From: a virus
Lineage: Duplodnaviria; Caudoviricetes
Direction: 5' to 3' (one strand)
Length of the DNA stretch: 38,086 nt
IMG/VR virus record: IMGVR_UViG_3300036820_000048
Location: 1-38,086 of that record
In this document: positions 34,930-38,086 of the stretch, in pieces
Layout of the letters: each line of letters starts with the position of its first letter
Numbering within the stretch: the stretch's first letter is position 1
Position numbers and translations under genes: made by a program
Notes under the pieces: model-generated
Database searches by the model: none
What the model was told of the DNA's origin: nothing
The model's input: only the letters and a program-made list of their open reading frames with translations

Positions 34930-37755
34930 ATGGCCGGAGAACTGCCCCCGGTAGTCGCCAAGTTCGTCGCCGACGTCACTGACTTCCTTGATAATACAAT
35001 CAAAGCCGCTCAGGCACTTCGCGATGTGGTGGAGCCGGCTCAAGAAGCAAGTGACGCGACCAGTGAGCTCAAAGACCAGACGCAGCATATTCAGGGAGCA
35101 CTTCTCAGCGAAGATGAAGCTCTGGATGGAGTCCGGGACAAGCTGATAGAAACCGCCGAGGCGACCGACAGCCTTCGCGATAAGGGAACTGAAACGGCTG
35201 AAGCTGTCGGACACCTCCGTGACGATGCGCTGGAAGCTGGCGAAGCAATGGGCCACCTCCGCGATGAGGCGGTCGAGGCGTCGGTAGCTATCAGCCGGCT
35301 CAGCAGTGAAGCGGAGAAAGCCGCCGGCGAGCTCAGTCTCATGGACCTATCGGGACTCGGCCTGATCGGCAGCCTCGGCCCGATGGTGGGTATCATGGGC
35401 GCCATAGTCATTGCGGTGGCCGCCATCGCACCGGCTTTCATAGCTGCCGGGCTTGGGCTGGGAGCGTTCGGGGCTTTCGCCATCCCGACGATCAAAAGCG
35501 TATTCGGGGCCCTCAAAGACACGAAGGCTCAGCTTGATAAATTGCCGCCGGCAGAACGGAACGTAGTAGAAGGCATTAAAGGACTGGAAACCGAGTTTTC
35601 CGGTATAGCTAAGTCGTTCCAGCCCCAGGTATTCGCGATCTTGAACTCGGCGCTGAAGACGGCGAGCGCGTTGCTCCCGATGATCATCCCGCTGGCGAAG
35701 CAGGGAGCCATCGCGTTCAGCGGCTTGATGTCATCCATCAACAAGGGCGTAACCGGGTCCGGTTTCAAAAGCTTTATTCAGACGATGACCAGCATGGTCG
35801 TGCCGGCTACTCAGGCCATCACTAAGCTCGGTGGCGCCATCCTGGGAGTACTAGGCCAGGCGCTTACCCAGATTGCGCCGCTGTCGATACCGTTCATCAA
35901 CATCATCACGGAGCTGATTAAAGCACTAGGCGGTCCACTGGTAGCCGCGCTGACCGTCGTTATCGGCATCTTCAACGGCCTGGGTCAGGCACTAGCGCCG
36001 CTCCTTCCCGCGCTGTCCGGGATCGCGACTACCTTTATCAAGGACGTCGGCGGCAGCTTCCAGGCATTCATCCCGCTGATCAAGCAGGTCGTCGGGCTGA
36101 TTGGTACTACACTGATCCAGATCCTTAAGGCTCTTGAGCCAATATTCGCCAACGCGGTCACGCCCAATAGCCCGTTCATGGTTGCGCTGAAGATGATCCC
36201 GGACGTGCTTAAAGCCATCCTGCCGGTGTTCGGCGATCTAGCCAAGCTTCTATCGCACCCGATGTTCTCTACATTGGCCGTCGATATCATCTCCGGTATC
36301 GTGGCGTTCAAGGCTCTGGTCGGAGTTATCGGGCTCGTTCAGAAGGCTTTCGGCGTTTTGACTGCGATCATGGAGCTTAACCCGTTCATCTTGATCATCA
36401 CAGGAATTGCTCTCCTGGTAGTAGCATTCATCGAGCTGTGGAACCACTGCGCCGCCTTCCGTGAGTTCTGGGAAGGACTGTGGAGGGATCTTAAAGACGC
36501 CGCGGTGACGACTGGCCACGCGGTTGAAGATGCGGTGGATGCGGTCCGCGAGACCTTCATCCATATCGGCCACGACATAGAGTCCGCCTTCAACACCGTC
36601 GTCAGCGCCGTCACCGGCGCGTGGCAGACGGTCGTAAACGTCTTCAACTCCGCCGCGCATGCTGTCGAGTCGGTCATCAATATCATCGTCGGCTTCATCC
36701 AGGATCACTGGAAGCTTATTCTCGCGATTATCCTCGGCGTGACCGGTCTCATCATCGACGCTCTAGTAACTCACTGGCAAGCCGTCAAGGACGGATTCCA
36801 GACCGCATGGGACTTCGTCGTCAGCGTCATAAACGGTGCCATTACGGTTATTACTGGTATCGTGAAGACGTTCCTAAGCGTGCTAGAAGATATTTTCAAA
36901 CCGGCCTGGACGGCTATATCCGATATATTCCAGACTGCATGGAATGTTATCTCTGACATCATAAAAACCGCGGACAGCGTCATTACTTCTACTATACAGG
37001 CGTTCATGAGCATAGTCGAGGGTGTCTTCAAGACCGTCTGGGCCGCGGTAACGACTGTTTTCGACGTCGCCTGGGATAGCATCAAGAGCGCTGTCACTAC
37101 CGGAGTAAATGCCGTCAAAACCGTCCTGAGCTGGTTCAACGGCCTCAGCAACCTGCTGAAAGGCTGGTGGGACGATGCGGTCAAGGCGGTTACTAACGAG
37201 ATTACGTCCTTGATAAATGAGGTAAAGAAGATCCCGGGCTGGATCAACAATGCACTTGATGGTCTCCCTGCGATGCTGTTCCAGGCCGGCGTCAACGCGA
37301 TTAAGGGACTGATCAGCGGCATCGAATCGATGGCGAGCGGCGTAGGCAGCGCAGTGAGTAACATCGCGAGCAAGGTAGCCGGCTTCTTCGGCCTGTCACC
37401 GGCTCGAGAAGGGCCGCTGGCCGGTGGCGGTGCTCCCTATATCCGAGGTATGCACTTCACCCGCGACATCGCTCAGGGTATCATTTCTGGCCGAGGTCAG
37501 GTAGCCTACGCGGCAAGCCAGATAGCCAACGCTATCAGCTCTATGCAGGCGCCGGGAACCATTAGCTCAGGCGCGCTGATCTCTACCGCGGCGGCTGCCG
37601 GTATCGGAGCTGGAGCCGGTGCGGCGAGCGGCCCATCCGGTGACCTGGTCGTGAACGTTGACGGCCAGAAGCTATTCAACATCATGCAAAGCCAGCTGTA
37701 CCGGTATAACATCCGCAACTCAGGAACGACAACCGGTATCTTGAAGCCGACTTAA
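34930..37755 (+). CDS. Tape measure protein
   Basis: 941 aa, helical and hydrophobic with periodic Trp/Phe; C-terminal SPAREGPL and VNVDG motifs; position. Confidence 0.9.
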   Translation: MAGELPPVVAKFVADVTDFLDNTIKAAQALRDVVEPAQEASDATSELKDQTQHIQGALLSEDEALDGVRDKLIETAEATDSLRDKGTETAEAVGHLRDDALEAGEAMGHLRDEAVEASVAISRLSSEAEKAAGELSLMDLSGLGLIGSLGPMVGIMGAIVIAVAAIAPAFIAAGLGLGAFGAFAIPTIKSVFGALKDTKAQLDKLPPAERNVVEGIKGLETEFSGIAKSFQPQVFAILNSALKTASALLPMIIPLAKQGAIAFSGLMSSINKGVTGSGFKSFIQTMTSMVVPATQAITKLGGAILGVLGQALTQIAPLSIPFINIITELIKALGGPLVAALTVVIGIFNGLGQALAPLLPALSGIATTFIKDVGGSFQAFIPLIKQVVGLIGTTLIQILKALEPIFANAVTPNSPFMVALKMIPDVLKAILPVFGDLAKLLSHPMFSTLAVDIISGIVAFKALVGVIGLVQKAFGVLTAIMELNPFILIITGIALLVVAFIELWNHCAAFREFWEGLWRDLKDAAVTTGHAVEDAVDAVRETFIHIGHDIESAFNTVVSAVTGAWQTVVNVFNSAAHAVESVINIIVGFIQDHWKLILAIILGVTGLIIDALVTHWQAVKDGFQTAWDFVVSVINGAITVITGIVKTFLSVLEDIFKPAWTAISDIFQTAWNVISDIIKTADSVITSTIQAFMSIVEGVFKTVWAAVTTVFDVAWDSIKSAVTTGVNAVKTVLSWFNGLSNLLKGWWDDAVKAVTNEITSLINEVKKIPGWINNALDGLPAMLFQAGVNAIKGLISGIESMASGVGSAVSNIASKVAGFFGLSPAREGPLAGGGAPYIRGMHFTRDIAQGIISGRGQVAYAASQIANAISSMQAPGTISSGALISTAAAAGIGAGAGAASGPSGDLVVNVDGQKLFNIMQSQLYRYNIRNSGTTTGILKPT

Positions 37756-37767
37756 AGGAGTGGGTAC

Positions 37768-38086
37768 GTGACGCTTACTCTCGTCAAGACTACTCCTTCG
37801 GGTACTTTCACCGGGTCGTGGGACACACCAGGACCTCTTTCGGTTAGTCCCAGTAACGCCGAAGGGAACTTGCTCGTCCTCGCCGCCGCGTGGGATCTCT
37901 CTGCTGGCACGTATACCAACGTCATTATACCGTCGTCGAGCGTAGGAGACAGCTCTGGAAACTTCTGGCGGCTGGCCGCTGACTCGGGAAGCTCCATATC
38001 AGGATGCCGGACCGCTATCTGGCTCTGTCCCAACGCACTAGCGATTCATCAGTGGCTGTCGTTTGCTATCCAAGGCTATGTGCCGA
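37768..38086 (+). CDS. Minor tail protein, 3'-truncated
   Basis: AAGGAG RBS, GTG at 37768, frame open to the window end (VTLTLVKTTPSG...GNLLVLAAAW...). Confidence 0.6.
   Translation, partial: MTLTLVKTTPSGTFTGSWDTPGPLSVSPSNAEGNLLVLAAAWDLSAGTYTNVIIPSSSVGDSSGNFWRLAADSGSSISGCRTAIWLCPNALAIHQWLSFAIQGYVP

Overview
A high-GC tailed-phage or prophage morphogenesis region, probably from an actinobacterial siphovirus, encoded mainly on the + strand. (1) 1-13207: the window opens inside a MuF/SPP1-gp7-type head morphogenesis gene (PPAHVNCRC motif). It is followed by a translationally coupled run of multidomain genes carrying 4-5 ADP-ribosyltransferase-like domains, a Nudix hydrolase, an alpha/beta hydrolase, two HExxH zincins, two ParB/Srx-like domains and a transglutaminase-like domain. 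Most of these domains are preceded by one of two short peptide tags that follow a Lys: KVGP[KE]GYIH[GD][WYF]I (6 copies) and [FW][DN]P..[HL].R...G[ER][WF] (6 copies, plus a variant on the prohead protease). My main hypothesis, an inference, is that this is a modular, protease-processed virion cargo-loading system. (2) 13852-20443: an HK97-type prohead protease/scaffold fusion and a major capsid gene split by a 919-nt group I intron (18189-19107) encoding a Vsr/DUF559-like endonuclease. (3) 20915-25181: GT2, methyltransferase, GT17-like and GT75/RGP-like genes, then three paralogous small structural proteins. (4) 26798-38086: head-tail and tail genes, a -1 frameshift tail chaperone and the tape measure gene. 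The late operon is interrupted by four antisense gene islands, each behind a near-identical TTTACA-N17/18-TAnnnT promoter; one island is flanked by a perfect 31-bp direct repeat. All family assignments are by-eye motif recognition; no database search was run.
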